DNA from: the human T2T-CHM13v2.0 reference genome, Homo sapiens
Length of the DNA stretch: 64,000 nt
Assembly (NCBI RefSeq): GCF_009914755.1
Contig: NC_060928.1
Direction: 5' to 3' (one strand)
Below, one piece after another: positions 33,262-47,124 of this stretch (within the stretch, counting starts at the first letter, position 1; every line of letters starts with the position of its first letter). The position numbers and the translations under genes were made by a program. The notes beneath the pieces were generated by a model. The model saw nothing but the letters and a program-made list of their open reading frames with translations. It ran no database searches and was not told where the DNA came from.

Positions 33262-34030
33262 TATTTGGGAGATGATTCCCCAGGAGTATTTCATATATTC
33301 ACATGTGGTGTAAACAGAGACTCTGGCAGCTTTTCTTTCAAATGATCTTTTCAAGGATATTGCCATTGTGAACAGCTTTGGAAGTTAAGGTAGCTTTTCC
33401 CTCTGTGGTAGAGGGCAGGTTTTCTTGGTGTTTAGGAAAATTAAAATAATGACTACTTTTAGGACAAAGTTTGAGCAAACTTACTTGAGGTCTGATATGG
33501 TTTGGCTGTGACCTCACCCAAATCTCATCTTGAATTGTAGCTCCCACAATTCCCATGTGTTGTGGGAGATACATGGTGGGAGGTAATTGAATCATGGGGG
33601 TAGGTCTTTCCCATGCTATTCTCGTGATAGTGAATAGGTCTCATGAGATCTAGCGGTTTCACAAAGGGGAGTTTCCCTGCACAAGTTCTCTTTTCTTGTC
33701 TGCCGCCATGTGAGATGTGCCTTTTACTTCCAGCCATGATTGTGAGGCCTCCCCAGCCATGTGGAACTGTAAGTCCATTAAAACTCTTTCTTTTGTATAT
33801 GCCCAGTCTCAGGTGTGTCTTTATCAGCAGCATGAAAACAGACTAATACAAGGTCCATTATAAATGACTGGAGTTTCCTAAGCTCCAGCTTCCATAGCTA
33901 TGAAGAAAATCCACTCAGTATACAACTTTTCCCTTTTTTAGCCTAGGAGTCTTGTGTCTTTTGCCAACATCCATGAAACAATGATAATGTAACTCATTAG
34001 ATTGCAAGTAGAGTAAACCTCAGACCCTTT
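33262..34030 (+). mobile_element. Old ERVL LTR (LTR40-like) split by THE1
   Basis: TTGGGAGATGATTCCCC...TCTTTTCAAGGAT...GAACAGCTTTGGAAG...GAGGGCAGGTT; right boundary approximate. Confidence 0.6.
33493..33850 (+). mobile_element. THE1 (THE1B/C) solo LTR
   Basis: TGATATGGTTTGGCTGTG...ACTAATACA; TSD AGGTC on both sides. Confidence 0.95.
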
Positions 34031-34128
34031 ACAATTAAGTGTTTCTCCACAGTTTACATGAAATTGAAAAATGAAGGCACCAAGAATTTGTTTTTTTCTC
34101 CTTACACACACATCTGGGCTTTTACAAT

Positions 34129-35127
34129 TGTAGGGACCAGCCCCACAGGGTCGGAGGGTTTTTCTCCCCGTGTGCGGAGATGAGACATTGTAGAAATAAA
34201 GACACAAGACAAAGAGATAAAAGAAAAGACAGCTGGGCCTGGGGGACCACTACCACCAAGATGCGGAGACCGGTAGTGGCCCTGAATGCCTGGCTGCGCT
34301 GTTATTTATTGGATACAAGGCAAAAGGGGCAGGGTAAGGAGTGTGAGTCATCTCTAATGATTGACAAGGTCACATGAGTCATGTGTCCACTGGACAGGGG
34401 GCCCTTCCCTGTTTGGCAGCCGAGGTGGAGAGACAGAGAGAGAGAGAGGACACAGCCTACGCCATTATTTCTTCATATCAGAGGTTTTTAGTACTTTCAC
34501 TAATTTTGCTACGGCTATCTAGAAGGCAGAGCCAGGTGTACAGGATGGAACATAAAAGTGGACTAGGAGTGTGACCACTAAAGCACAGCATCACAGGGAG
34601 ATGGTTAGGCCTCCAGATAACTGTGGGCAGGCCTGACTGATGTCAGGCCCTCCACTAGAGGTGGAGGAGTAGAGTCTTCTCTAAACTCCACCAGGGAAAG
34701 GGAGACTCCCTTTCCCAGTCTGCTAAGTAGTGGGTGTTTTTCCTTGGCACTGACGCTACCGCTAGACCACAGTCCACTTGGCAACGGGCGTCTTCCCAGA
34801 CGCTGGCGTTATCACTAGACCAAGGAGCCCTCTGGTGGCCCTGTCTGGGCGTGACAGAAGGCTCGCATTCTTGTCTTCTGGTCACTTCTCACTATGTCCT
34901 GTCTCTGTATGGCCTAGTTTTTCCTAGGTTATGATCATAGAGCAAGGATTATTATAATATTGGAATAAAGAGTAATTGCTACAAACTAATGATTAATGAT
35001 ATTCATATATAATCATATCTATGATCTATATCTAGTATAACTATTCTTATTTTATATATTTTATTATACTGGAACAGCTTGTTGCCTTGGTCTCTTGCCT
35101 CGGCACCTGGGTGGCTTGCCGCCCACA
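34129..35127 (-). mobile_element. LTR13 (ERVK-class) solo LTR
   Basis: Minus strand begins TGTGGGCGGCAAGCCACCCAGGTGCCGAGGCAAGAG; 6-bp TSD TACAAT/TGCAAT. Confidence 0.9.
34824..34840 (-). promoter_or_regulatory. CTCF motif within LTR13
   Basis: Minus strand GGCCACCAGAGGGCTCC matches the CCASYAGRKGGC core. Confidence 0.7.
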
Positions 35128-35324
35128 TGCAATAGCTTTCTAGCTATTTCTTCTGTAGCATATAAGAGTTCAGCAAACATTTACTGGGTCCCAATCTTGT
35201 AACAGATACTCTTATAGATCCTAGAAATCCCAAGATAAATAAAACATGATTCTTGACCCAAAATGCTTCCAATGAATAGAAGAAACAATGCATAAAGACG
35301 CATGACACAGAAACAGTATTTTTC

Positions 35325-35650
35325 CTTCCTTCTTTCCTTCCTTCCTTCCTTCCTTTCTTTTTCTTTCTTAGATTGGGTCTCACTCCGTCACCCAGGATAA
35401 AGTGCAGTGGCACAGTCTTGGCTCGCTGCAACCTCCGACTCCTGAGTTCAAGTGATTCTCCTGCCTTAGCCTCCTGAGTAGCTGGGATTACAGCCGTGCA
35501 CCACCACGCCCGGCCAATTTTTTTGTATTTTTAGTAGAGACGGGTTTTGCCATGTTGGCCAGGGTGGTCTCCAACTCCTGACCTCAGGTTATCTGCCTGC
35601 CTTGGCCTCCCAAAATGCTGGGATTACAGGCGTGAGCCACTGTGCCTGGC
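35325..35650 (-). mobile_element. AluS with (TTCC)n tail
   Basis: TSD AAACAGTATTTTTC at 35311 and 35653. Confidence 0.94.
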
Positions 35651-35682
35651 ATAAACAGTATTTTTCATAGCATGGGATATAA

Positions 35683-35995
<313 letters not shown>

Positions 35996-36388
35996 AATGA
36001 CAGCAACATTCAAGGGGTGCTCTGAGAGCACACTGAGGTGCACTTAGCCTGTCGTGAAAGTTCAAGAGATGGTTCTTGAAGTTGATGGTCACTGAATGCG
36101 GTTTTGCAGGAGATTGAATTTGAAAAGCTACCTTACCTTCCGAGGCTGTTCCCAGTGCAAATATCCTTGAAAAGATCATTCAAAAACATGTGAAAAGAGT
36201 GTTTCTGACGGAAGGACATATACAGAAACATAAAATAGCATGATGTGAATCAAGGAACTAAACACCAACTGCTGTTACTAGTTTGTGGAGTTCCTTGTGT
36301 GGAGCAGTAGGAAGTTGAAGCTGGAGTTTGCTATGCATGCTGCGTTAAGGAACTCAGATTTTAGCCTTTATGCCAGTTGCCTCCAGAC

Positions 36389-36674
36389 TTTTTTTTTTTT
36401 TTAGATGGAGCCTCGCTCTGTTGCCCAGGCTGGAGTCCAGTGGTACAATCTCGGCTCACTGGAACATCCGCCTCCCAGGTTCAAGCAATTCTCTGCCTCT
36501 GCCTCCAGAGTAGCTAGGACTACAGGCGCCTGCCACCATGCCCAGCTAATTTTTGTATTTTTAGTGGAAACGGGGTTTCACCCTCTTAGCCAGGCTGTTC
36601 TTGAACTCCTGACCTCGTGATCCACCCACCTCGGCCTCCCAAAGTGCTGGGATTACAGGCATGAGTAGCTGGCC
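36389..36674 (-). mobile_element. AluS
   Basis: Reverse Alu. Confidence 0.93.
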
Positions 36675-36841
36675 TTAGGCTTTTCTGATTATACATTTAT
36701 TTAGTAAAACTTTCTCAAGCAGTCACCTCTAATATATCTATATGTATTTATAAATTTCTCTACACGTTGTATGGTCTCCCCATATATTAAATGTTAGTAT
36801 TTTATTTTATTTTATAAAACGAAATAAAAATAGATAAAGTT

Positions 36842-37159
36842 GGCCAGGCGCGGTGGCTCACGACTGTAATCCCAGCACTTCTGGAGGCCGAGGCGGGTGG
36901 ATCACGAGGTCAGGAGATGGAGACCATCCTGGCGAACACGGTGAAACCCCGTCTCCACTGAAAATACAAACAAAAAAAAAGAAAAAAGGAAAAAAAAATT
37001 AGCCGGGCGTGGTGGCGGGCGCCTGTGGTCCCAGCTACTCGGGAGGCTGAGGCAGGAGAATGGCGTGAACCCAGGAGGCAGAGCCGCAGTGAGCCGAGAT
37101 TGTGCCCCTGCACTACAGCTTGGGCGAAAGAGCAAGACTCCGTCTCAAAAAAAAAAAAA
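36842..37159 (+). mobile_element. AluY
   Basis: GAATGGCGTGAACC; extended linker; TSD AAAAATAGATAAAGTTT. Confidence 0.94.
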
Positions 37160-37473
37160 TAGATAAAGTTTCTCATATTTTCTTCTACACCTCAACTGAT
37201 TGTCTTTCTCACTCTCCTTGAGGGCCACATTTAGTCTGCTTGCAGGTGCTAACACGGGGAATGATGATTTGGTCAGATTCATGTTTTCAATCACTCCTCA
37301 CAGTGGAAGATAAGAGTTGAGGGATGCAGGATTCAAGGAGGGAAGTGTAGGAACCAAGATATTATGATGGATCAAGCAAGAGAAAGTCAGGACCTGACTG
37401 AGAGAGCAGGCATGGAGTGAAAAGAAGGGCTAAATTTGAGAAATACCTAGGTAGTAGAATTGGTACGATCCGC

Positions 37474-38553
37474 CCATTGAGTAGGGGTGGGGAGTGGCTC
37501 TGAGAGGCCGGAGTGAGGCCTGAGTGAAGGGATGGGAGAAGCAAATCCATTGAGTAGGGATGGGGAGTGGCTCTGAGAGGCCGGAGTGAGGCCTGAGTGA
37601 AGGGATGGGAGAAGCAAATCCATTGAGTAGGGGTGGGGAGTGGCTCTGAGAGGCCGGAGTGAGGCCTGAGTGAAGGGATGGGAGAAGCAAATCCATTGAG
37701 TAGGGGTGGGGAGTGGCTCTGAGAGGCCGGAGTGAGGCCGGACTGAAGGGATGGGAGAAGCAAATCCATTGAGTAGGGGTGGGGAGTGGCTCTGAGAGGC
37801 CGGAGTGAGGCCTGAGTGAAGGGATGGGAGAAGCAAATCCATTGAGTAGGGGTGGGGAGTGGCTCTGAGAGGCCGGAGTGAGGCCGGACTGAAGGGATGG
37901 GAGAAGCAAATCCATTGAGTAGGGGTGGGGAGTGGCTCTGAGAGGCCGGAGTGAGGCCTGAGTGAAGGGATGGGAGAAGCAAATCCATTGAGTAGGGGTG
38001 GGGAGTGGCTCTGAGAGGCCGGAGTGAGGCCGGACTGAAGGGATGGGAGAAGCAAATCCATTGAGTAGGGGTGGGGAGTGGCTCTGAGAGGCCGGAGTGA
38101 GGCCTGAGTGAAGGGATGGGAGAAGCAAATCCATTGAGTAGGGGAGGGGAGTGGCTCTGAGAGGCCAGAGTGAGGCCGGACTGAAGGGATGGGAGAAGCA
38201 AATCCATTGAGTAGGGGTGGGGAGTGGCTCTGAGAGGCCGGAGTGAGGCCGGACTGAAGGGATGGGAGAAGCAAATCCATTGAGTAGGGGTGGGGAGTGG
38301 CTCTGAGAGGCCGGAGCGAGGCCTGAGTGAAGGGATGGGAGAAGCAAATCCATTGAGTAGGGGTGGGGAGTGGCTCTGAGAGGCCGGAGTGAGGCCTGAG
38401 TGAAGGGATGGGAGAAGCAAATCCATTGAGTAGGGGTGGGGAGTGGCTCTGAGAGGCCGGAGTGAGGCCTGAGTGAAGGGATGGGAGAAGCAAATCCATT
38501 GAGTAGGGGTGGGGAGTGGCTCTGAGAGGCCGGAAGGGATGGGAGAAGCAAAT
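37474..38553. repeat. G-rich minisatellite (VNTR), 73-bp unit x14 plus a 58-bp terminal unit
   Basis: CCATTGAGTAGGGGTGGGGAGTGGCTCTGAGAGGCCGGAGTGAGGCCTGAGTGAAGGGATGGGAGAAGCAAAT every 73 bp from 37474 to 38495. Confidence 0.98.
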
Positions 38554-39059
38554 GGCGCACATTGTGTTTCGGTGACTGAGAGAATAGTGGTTATGTTTAA
38601 TGAGACAGAAGATTCAGTGGATAAGCAGATTTTAGTGGTGGGTTCAATTAAGAAATTGACCTCATCTTTATACAGATTCACTTCCTTTTAATTTTCTCTC
38701 AACACACTCATCCAAAATTTGGTTGTGTTGTTTTTCTGCTGAACAACCTGTATTATTCTCCTTTCTTTTCCAAATCTCCACATTTTGGCCCAACCCGTGT
38801 TCCATGGTGAATTCAGACAGTAAAAGAAGCAACTGTTTTTCAAGTGCCTTCTTTGTTATTTATAACACAATGCTTTTTATTCCAATTTTGTAGTTGACTT
38901 CTTTTCTCTAATAGATTATTGTTTAGTCATTGCAGATCCTGTTATTCTTCCCAGCAAACAACCTCAAAGTTTCACTGGCTTACAATAAATAAAATTTATT
39001 TCTTGCTTGTGTAATTTAATTTTATTTCATGTACTTTTATCCCAATGTACATTTCAATT

Positions 39060-39470
39060 TGGGACCCAGACCAAAATAGCCATTCAAGTGCGAGGGGTTT
39101 ATTTTGTAGATGATCCGAAAAGAATAGGAAGTGAGATAGGGAAGAAAATAATGACAAAAAAGGCTTTATTTTCAAGGGCGTTATCACTGTGGACAACTGG
39201 AGCTTAATCCTACTGCGGAAACCGAGAAGCCAGGGTAAAATGTGTACCTGAGTAATCCCACCCGTGGGCCAAGGTAATTGTAATATTTACACACCAATTT
39301 CCATCAGCCATTGGTCGTGGCTGTACCTATGAGTGATCACTTTCCAGCATTTCAGGCCTAGAAAAAGTAGCCAAGGAGGTTTCAGAGTCAGAGAAAGCCC
39401 TCGTGCAGAAAATGTACATGCTAGCATTTACAAATCAGTCAGGTATGCATCGATGTGGTTAGAGTAAAAG
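39060..39470 (-). mobile_element. LTR33-like ERVL LTR
   Basis: TCACTGTGGACAACTGGAGCTTAATCC...CACACCAATTTCCATCAGCCATTGG. Confidence 0.6.
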
Positions 39471-39929
39471 GACATAGAGAGGAATCCACTAAATCCATCC
39501 AGGAATAAACAAATAAAATAGGAAAAAAAAACCCACTGTTGACATAAGTTAATACTTTTATTTTACCACTATTTCTTTCTTTAGCCCTTTTATTCAGTTA
39601 CGGCTACTTGTGTACATTAGGTAGGTAGTGTGCAAATTTTACAGTATGCATTAACTCAAATTCTATATTTGTAGTAACTAAAACACGCCTTATTTTTCAT
39701 CTCTATGCTATTCCCTCCCCTTTCCCCAGTTTCTCTGTGTATGAAGCTCGACTGACTTGTCAAAAGCTCCCTAAAGTGATGTTTTTACAATAAAGTCTCT
39801 CCTAAACTTCAGTTAGGATCAATCACTCTCTACTGGCTGCTCCTGTAGAATTTTATCTGTAGTTTTGTTTTGTCATCTTATCACTTTATAATATTATTTA
39901 CAATCTGTCTGTTAATGTATTGTGCACAG

Positions 39930-40198
39930 GGCTGGGCGCAGTGGCTCACACCTGTAATCCCAGCACTTTGGGAGGCTGAGGTGGGTGGATCACGAGGTCA
40001 GGAGTTCAAGACCATCCTGGTTAACACGATGAAACCCCGTCTCTACTAAAAATACAAAAAATTACCCGGCGTGGTAGCGGGTGCCTGTAGTCCCAGCTAC
40101 TCGAGAGGTTGAGGCAGGAGAAAAGCTCACCAGGAGGTTGCAGTAAGCCGAGATCGCGCCACTGCACTCCAGCCTGGGTGACAGAGCGAGATTTTGTC

Positions 40199-40271
<73 letters not shown>
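39930..40271 (+). mobile_element. AluS followed by (TA)n(CA)n microsatellite
   Basis: Alu with right-arm deletion; tail runs into TA/CA repeats at 40211-40271. Confidence 0.93.
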
Positions 40272-40273
<2 letters not shown>

Positions 40274-40760
40274 ACACCTTTAAGATGATTTGTGTCTTAC
40301 TTCTTTTTACTTATCCCATGATTGTCACAATAAAGGTTTGCTCACATCATAAGCAAATACCTAAATAGACATGCCTGATTTTCTTACAATTATGGAAGTG
40401 AATCTTACTTTGAAAAAAAATCATAAATGCCCCACATTTTTCAATGTGCTTTTGGACATTTCTTAATAACTATGTTTTTATAATATTATATATGTTAAGG
40501 CACTTACAATTTTAATGTGTAGTTATATGTAAAATCACATTGTATCGAGTAAGCATTATCAAATAATTCTTTATGATGAAATTAATTTATGAGTTTCTAA
40601 TAAATACTACAGTATTGTTGGCCAGAAAGCACTAATGAAAATAAATTAAAGGTATTGTTTGTTACTTTAAAGGCTAGGAATTTCTAATATAAAGAAATGT
40701 AAGGAATAGTTCATAATTTAAGAACACAGCCACTTCAAATTGTAAAAAAGAATTATCTAT

Positions 40761-41478
<718 letters not shown>

Positions 41479-42749
41479 CTGTGTTATTATTTTATCTTTT
41501 GATGAAAGGCAAATGATATAAACAAGAACTTGGAATATTTGTGAATAATGTATAAATAAATAGTTTCTGTTTATTCTCTGTATTCTGTTAAAAGTTTTTG
41601 CTCTGCTCAATATATCTGGCCATAAAATTCTTTTAAATCCTGTATAATTTTAAAAGCAAATTTGATGCATGTGCAACTTATTTTATTTTATTTTTTTTGA
41701 GGCTGTTTGTTACAATGGAAATTGCCTTAACAAGTCTCATGTGGCACATGTGGTGCCCAGAGCATTCTGAAAGTTATGGTTTTGAAAGCAGTCGTTGTGG
41801 CGACATTGTCCTAATTAAAGTTCTCGGGCAGTTTTGCCGACATTCAAAACCATCTTCCATTTTTATCCTTTTGTGGTAATATTTATCATTTATAAAAAGG
41901 AATTCCAACACCTCTTTTCTATGTATAATCTCCCAACGTTCCTGGTCAAAGCAGTTTGCTCCCAAATTACCAGAAGTGGTCTCGTTGCGGCAGCAGAGCT
42001 CCCCTGGTGCACTTCTACTCACGGGTTTGTTGAACGTGTAGCTTTACCCACCTTGAGGCAGAACTGCATGTGCCCGTGTTGGCGCTGACGCATGATGTGT
42101 GGTGCACGGATGGAGCAAAGGTGAATATCTCCCCACAGCAGACCTCCGAGGTTCATAAATTATTTATCACATACTTCAGTGTGCTGCCACAGTGATCAGG
42201 GCCAGTTTCCAATATGGAGACAAGAGCTCTTTAATCACGCTCTTCCCTGCAAAAGAAAAAGATTGGCATTTAACAGAGAGCTGTAAGACAGGATAGGGAT
42301 GTGACTGCAGGGAAACCTCCACTTGGAATAGGAGTCGCTGGTCAGTTCTAGACCCAATGGCATGGACTTATGTAGTAATAGTAGTAAGAGTTCCTGAAGA
42401 TAGTTTCAATCTATTGCCAGCATTCTGTAGGTCTTTATAACAAGCAGGAAATGGATACACATGTCTCTGTTCCATAATTAGAAAAGTATCACCATTTTCC
42501 TGGGACAAAAATATGTAAGTTTAAACATTTTTAGTGCCAGGTCAGTAGTCACGATTTACCAACAGCATTTTTTATTTTAAAAATACAGTTAGTGACTACA
42601 CCATTGGCTAACAAACTGAGACTTAAAGCATTCTCTAGATGCAAATGCTACAAATAAATCAAATTATTAGGCATATTCACTAATACTTACAAACTTAACT
42701 TCATATATAAAGCAAGGTAGATCACCAGTGTGGCCATGCAAACAGGGTT

Positions 42750-43563
42750 TGAGGACTTCAATATTTAAAGCAAGTTAGTCCAACCCACAGCCCAAGGGCC
42801 ACATGCAGCCCAGGATGGCTTTGAATGAGGCCCAACACAAATTAGCAAATTACTAAACTTACTTAAAATGATGGGATTTTATTTTTTGCCATTTTTTGGT
42901 TTGTGTGTTTGGTTTTTAGCTCATCAGCTTTGTTAGTGTTAGTGTATTTTATGTGTGGCCCAAGACAATACTTCCAATGTGGCCCAGGGAAGCCAAAAGA
43001 TTGGACACTCCTGATTTAAAGGGAAAAGGGAGGGCAGATGAAGAAAGAGGATAAAAAAAAGAGAGAGAAGGTAGACAAAACAGGAAAGTGGTTAGTCTTT
43101 GGAGGCTTTGATTAGCACTTACTGAATCTACATTTTACATGTGAAAGGAGTGGGTAGCGAAACAGTGAATTATGCATAGTGCTCAGTGCGTCTGCATTTT
43201 TGCATAAGATAAAGTAAACATAGAGGAGGTGCTCAAATATGCATTCCTCTCAGGTGAGCCAAGGGATGCCCTCTAGGCCTGTCTTTGTCAAGGTACCGGT
43301 GAAGATAAGCTGTTAGTTTACATTGTCAAGGTGAAATAGAACAGCGTTCTGTTTTAGGGTAAAGCTCTTGGGGCCCACGAGGAATTTCCTTGTGAGCAAT
43401 TTGTGAAGGAGGCCACCGGGGGAGACATGTGGCCTTCTGTCTTTGCAGCTATCTACTTAGGAACAAAATGGAAGGCAGTTTTTGCATGATGCAGTTACTG
43501 AGCTTCACTTTTCCCTTTGGCATAGTGAGTTTGGGGTCCTGAGATTTTTATATTCCTTTCACA
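42750..43563 (-). mobile_element. MER4-family ERV1 LTR
   Basis: Minus strand begins TGTGAAAGGAATATAAAAATCTCAGGACCCCAAACTCACTATGCCAAAGGG. Confidence 0.8.
42771..43013 (+). mobile_element. MER30 (hAT-Charlie) inside MER4
   Basis: GTCCAA...TTGGACAC terminal repeats; 8-bp TSD ATTTAAAG; strand assignment uncertain. Confidence 0.9.
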
Positions 43564-43614
43564 GCCTCACTATACTTGAATTAAAATACAATCTACATGT
43601 TAAAACTGACCACA

Positions 43615-44330
43615 TCATTCTTTCCTGTGTGTCTTCAAAGGATTTAAGGCCCATCCAGATAATCCAAGATGATCTCATTTCAAAGCCTTAATTATATCTT
43701 TGATGACTCTTTTTCCAAATAAGGTCTCAATTAGAGGTTCCTGGAATAAGACACGGACTCATCTCCCTGGGGGCCACCATTCAGCCTGATCCGGAAGGAA
43801 GGCCATGATTTCAGCTCCCTGGGATTTGAGACAAAGAGGCCCCTTTTCTTTCATTTTATCTTTTCATGTCTCTTCTTGCCATGTACCCACATGATTGAGT
43901 GTGGGCTGAGGGTGAATCCAAGAAGGGCTTTGTTTTGTGGTCAGTACAGGCTTTGGTCCACAGAGACAACAATACTTTCAATACTCTTTTGTTCTGCCCC
44001 AGAGGAGCTCAACACAGAATTGCCTAGAACAAGAAACTGGGTAAGTGTGCTTGGAACATACGCTTGTCTTCTCTTCTTTGGACTCTTGATTGCAACACTC
44101 ATCTCTGCCTGGATATTCACATGGACTTATACTCTCTGTCTTTTCTTCTGTGTGTCTTCTCTTCTGTATGTCACTGAATGTTGGGCCCACCTGGATAACC
44201 CAAGATGATCTCATCTTGAGGTACTTAATTATATCTGCAAATAACATTTTCCTAAATAAGGTCACAGGCATAGTTTTGGGGGACTGGGACATGGATATAT
44301 CTTTTTGGAGACCATGATTTAACTCACTAT
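43615..44330 (-). mobile_element. Two MLT1B-like LTR fragments (about 43615-43790 and 44085-44330)
   Basis: GGCCCA..C.GATAA.CCAAGATGATCTCAT...AAATAAGGTC in both. Confidence 0.7.
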
Positions 44331-45239
44331 AGGCTAAATTCTCAGCCCTAAAAGGGGTCCTACACAAAGTGAGGGCACTCAATGGAAAGAAGGGCTCTGA
44401 GATGTGAGATAGGAACATGTGAACAGAACCTTCAACCCACAGATTCCCCTGGACTATCAGGTCCAGGAGAAGAGACTCCTTCCTCTCTCAGGTTGAGACT
44501 CCCACGGCCTGGAGATTAGGCAAAGCCTCTGTTCGATCTTTGCATGAAATTAAGTAGTCTTAGTGGTCTATTGCAGGGGTCTCTATCTGTGATTGATCTT
44601 TACTTATTTCTTGCTTAATGTACTATCATTCTCTTTTTTTCTTGAATAAGGTAGTTTACATATTAAATTCTTCGCTAAAGATACAGCTCTTAAATTAAAA
44701 AATACTACTACTACTACCATTTTGCTTTAGTCAGTAAGTTCTGCCTTAATTTTCTGTCTATTTTATATATTTTGTCTATATTTTGTTGATATATTAAAGT
44801 TTTTTCTTGTTTTTATTAATATGATGATTTAAGGCTCTAGAATTTCTTCTGAGTGCAGATCTACCTGGGTCATACAGATGTTGTCATATGTGGTCAGTTC
44901 TTTTACAAATATTCTTCAACGTTTTTCTCTTTGGCCCTTAATGATATAAGAAAACTTCCAAAAACTGTATGTTTTTTAGTGTTTTGGAGTTTTATTGTTT
45001 ATTTAATTTCACTGCATCTTAATCAAATAATTAAAAATGCTTTTTAGAAATTACTGAAGTTTTGTGGTCTGAAATATAGTCTTTTTTATGATCTGTGGAA
45101 TCAAAAAAAAGAGCATTCTATATTTTTAAGGTGCCAAGTTTGTTATCTGTCAATTAGAGAAAACTATGTGATTTACATTTTTACATCATGACTTACTATT
45201 GCTCTCTTCAGCAGTCACAGCCTGATAGAGGTGATGTAA

Positions 45240-45603
<364 letters not shown>

Positions 45604-46778
45604 TACTTTTTGTTTTAAGAACATTGATGCTCTGTTATTTAATCTCTAGAATTCATAACTGGCATATCTTCATTGTGAATCACACGCTTATTTTTTCTTT
45701 TCTGCTACTTTTTCTTACTTCTATGCTTTTTCTGCCCTGTGTTTTAAAGAGAAGAAAATCAGTGATGCCACACAAAACACTCCGTGGTAGTCAGATCACA
45801 GCGATGGTTTTAACATTTGTAGTGCTGACATTCTGTTCCCGTTCTTGTCTCTTTCACTGAGTTCTCCTACCATCAGGCAGGTTCCATGCTCGTCACCAGG
45901 CCCTGGCTGCAACTTTTCATACCCTATCAACATTTGGTTCACTGATGATTGTTGTTTGCTAGATTTTCCAAGCAGTTCCATATAAACAATGTTCCCATAT
46001 CTTTGAACATTCAAAAATCAGTTTGTATTGCGTTTATACTTGATTGAAATAATAGTTGGTATAAAATTTCCGGGTTGCACTTTCTTGGTGCAAAATTTCA
46101 CAGGTCTCAGCTCTTTCAGTATTGAATACTGCTACACACTGCCCTTGTGATTACAGATTCAAGCTGGCCATCAGACTTGCAAGACACAGACAGCTTTAAT
46201 CTGATGCTACATTTACTGGGCTTTAAAGGAGGATACAGGCCGGGAGACACAGCTGGTGTCCTGGGGCACCCACAGCTCCCTTTGCCCTTTCACCTATCCA
46301 GGGCCTATGTGGCTGCCACAAACAAGAGTCAGGGTGCTTGCGGGCCACATGGATAATCAGAAGCCACCGCCTTGATTTCCCAACAATTTTTTATGCTATT
46401 TCTAGACACAAAGCTACAAGCCACATATTGATTCACAGCCCCCCTGTTCCAAGGGCAATGGAACATAGGTGATGAGGGAGACATTCCACATCTATTTCAA
46501 ATCTGTAATTTCCAAGTGTGTCTGTTAGCTTCTGTTGATTAGGAAATTATCCCCAAATTTAGTCACTTCAAACAGCAACAGTTTCTTAACCTAAGGATCT
46601 GCTGAAGAGTTCCCATGGTCTGGGCTGGCTCTGGCTAATCTCGCCCAGGCTTGCTCACATGACTGCAGTGCCTTAGCAGGATGGCAGAGGGCGACTAGCC
46701 CGTCATAGCCTGCCTGTGGTCTGGTGGTTGGCCATTTGCCTCTGGCTCAGCGTGGCGATTGTTTCATTATTTTGCATT

Positions 46779-47124
46779 CTTTTGTTGTTGTTGTTTTTTG
46801 TTGTTTTTTTTTTGTTTGTTTTTTGTTTTTCGTGTTTTTTTTGAGACAGGGTCTCTCTCTGTCACCCAGACTGGAGTGCAGTGACGTGATCTCAGCTTAC
46901 AGCAACCTCTGCCTCTGAGGCTCAAGCAACTCTCCCGCCTCTGCCTCCCAGGTAGCTGGGATTACAGGCGAGCGCCACCACCGCCCAGCTAATTTTTGTA
47001 TTTTTAGTAGAGATGGGTTTTCACCATGTTGGCCCGGGTGGTCTCGAACTCCTGACCTCAAATGATCCAGCCGCCTCGCCCTCCCAAAGTGCTGGGATTA
47101 CAGGCGTGAGCCACTGCGCCTGCC
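46779..47124 (-). mobile_element. AluJ-like
   Basis: GAGACAGGGTCTC, GGCTCAAGC, CCTCAAATGATC. Confidence 0.92.

Noticed and set aside
36842-37159. GC-biased gene conversion signature in the AluY next to the VNTR
   Set aside because: AT-to-GC changes are nearly balanced by GC-to-AT changes on my manual count
37362-38681. 439-, 376- and 371-aa Pro/Ser-rich ORFs on the minus strand
   Set aside because: Artefact of a 73-bp unit with no stop in any minus-strand frame; all three frames give the same cyclic peptide
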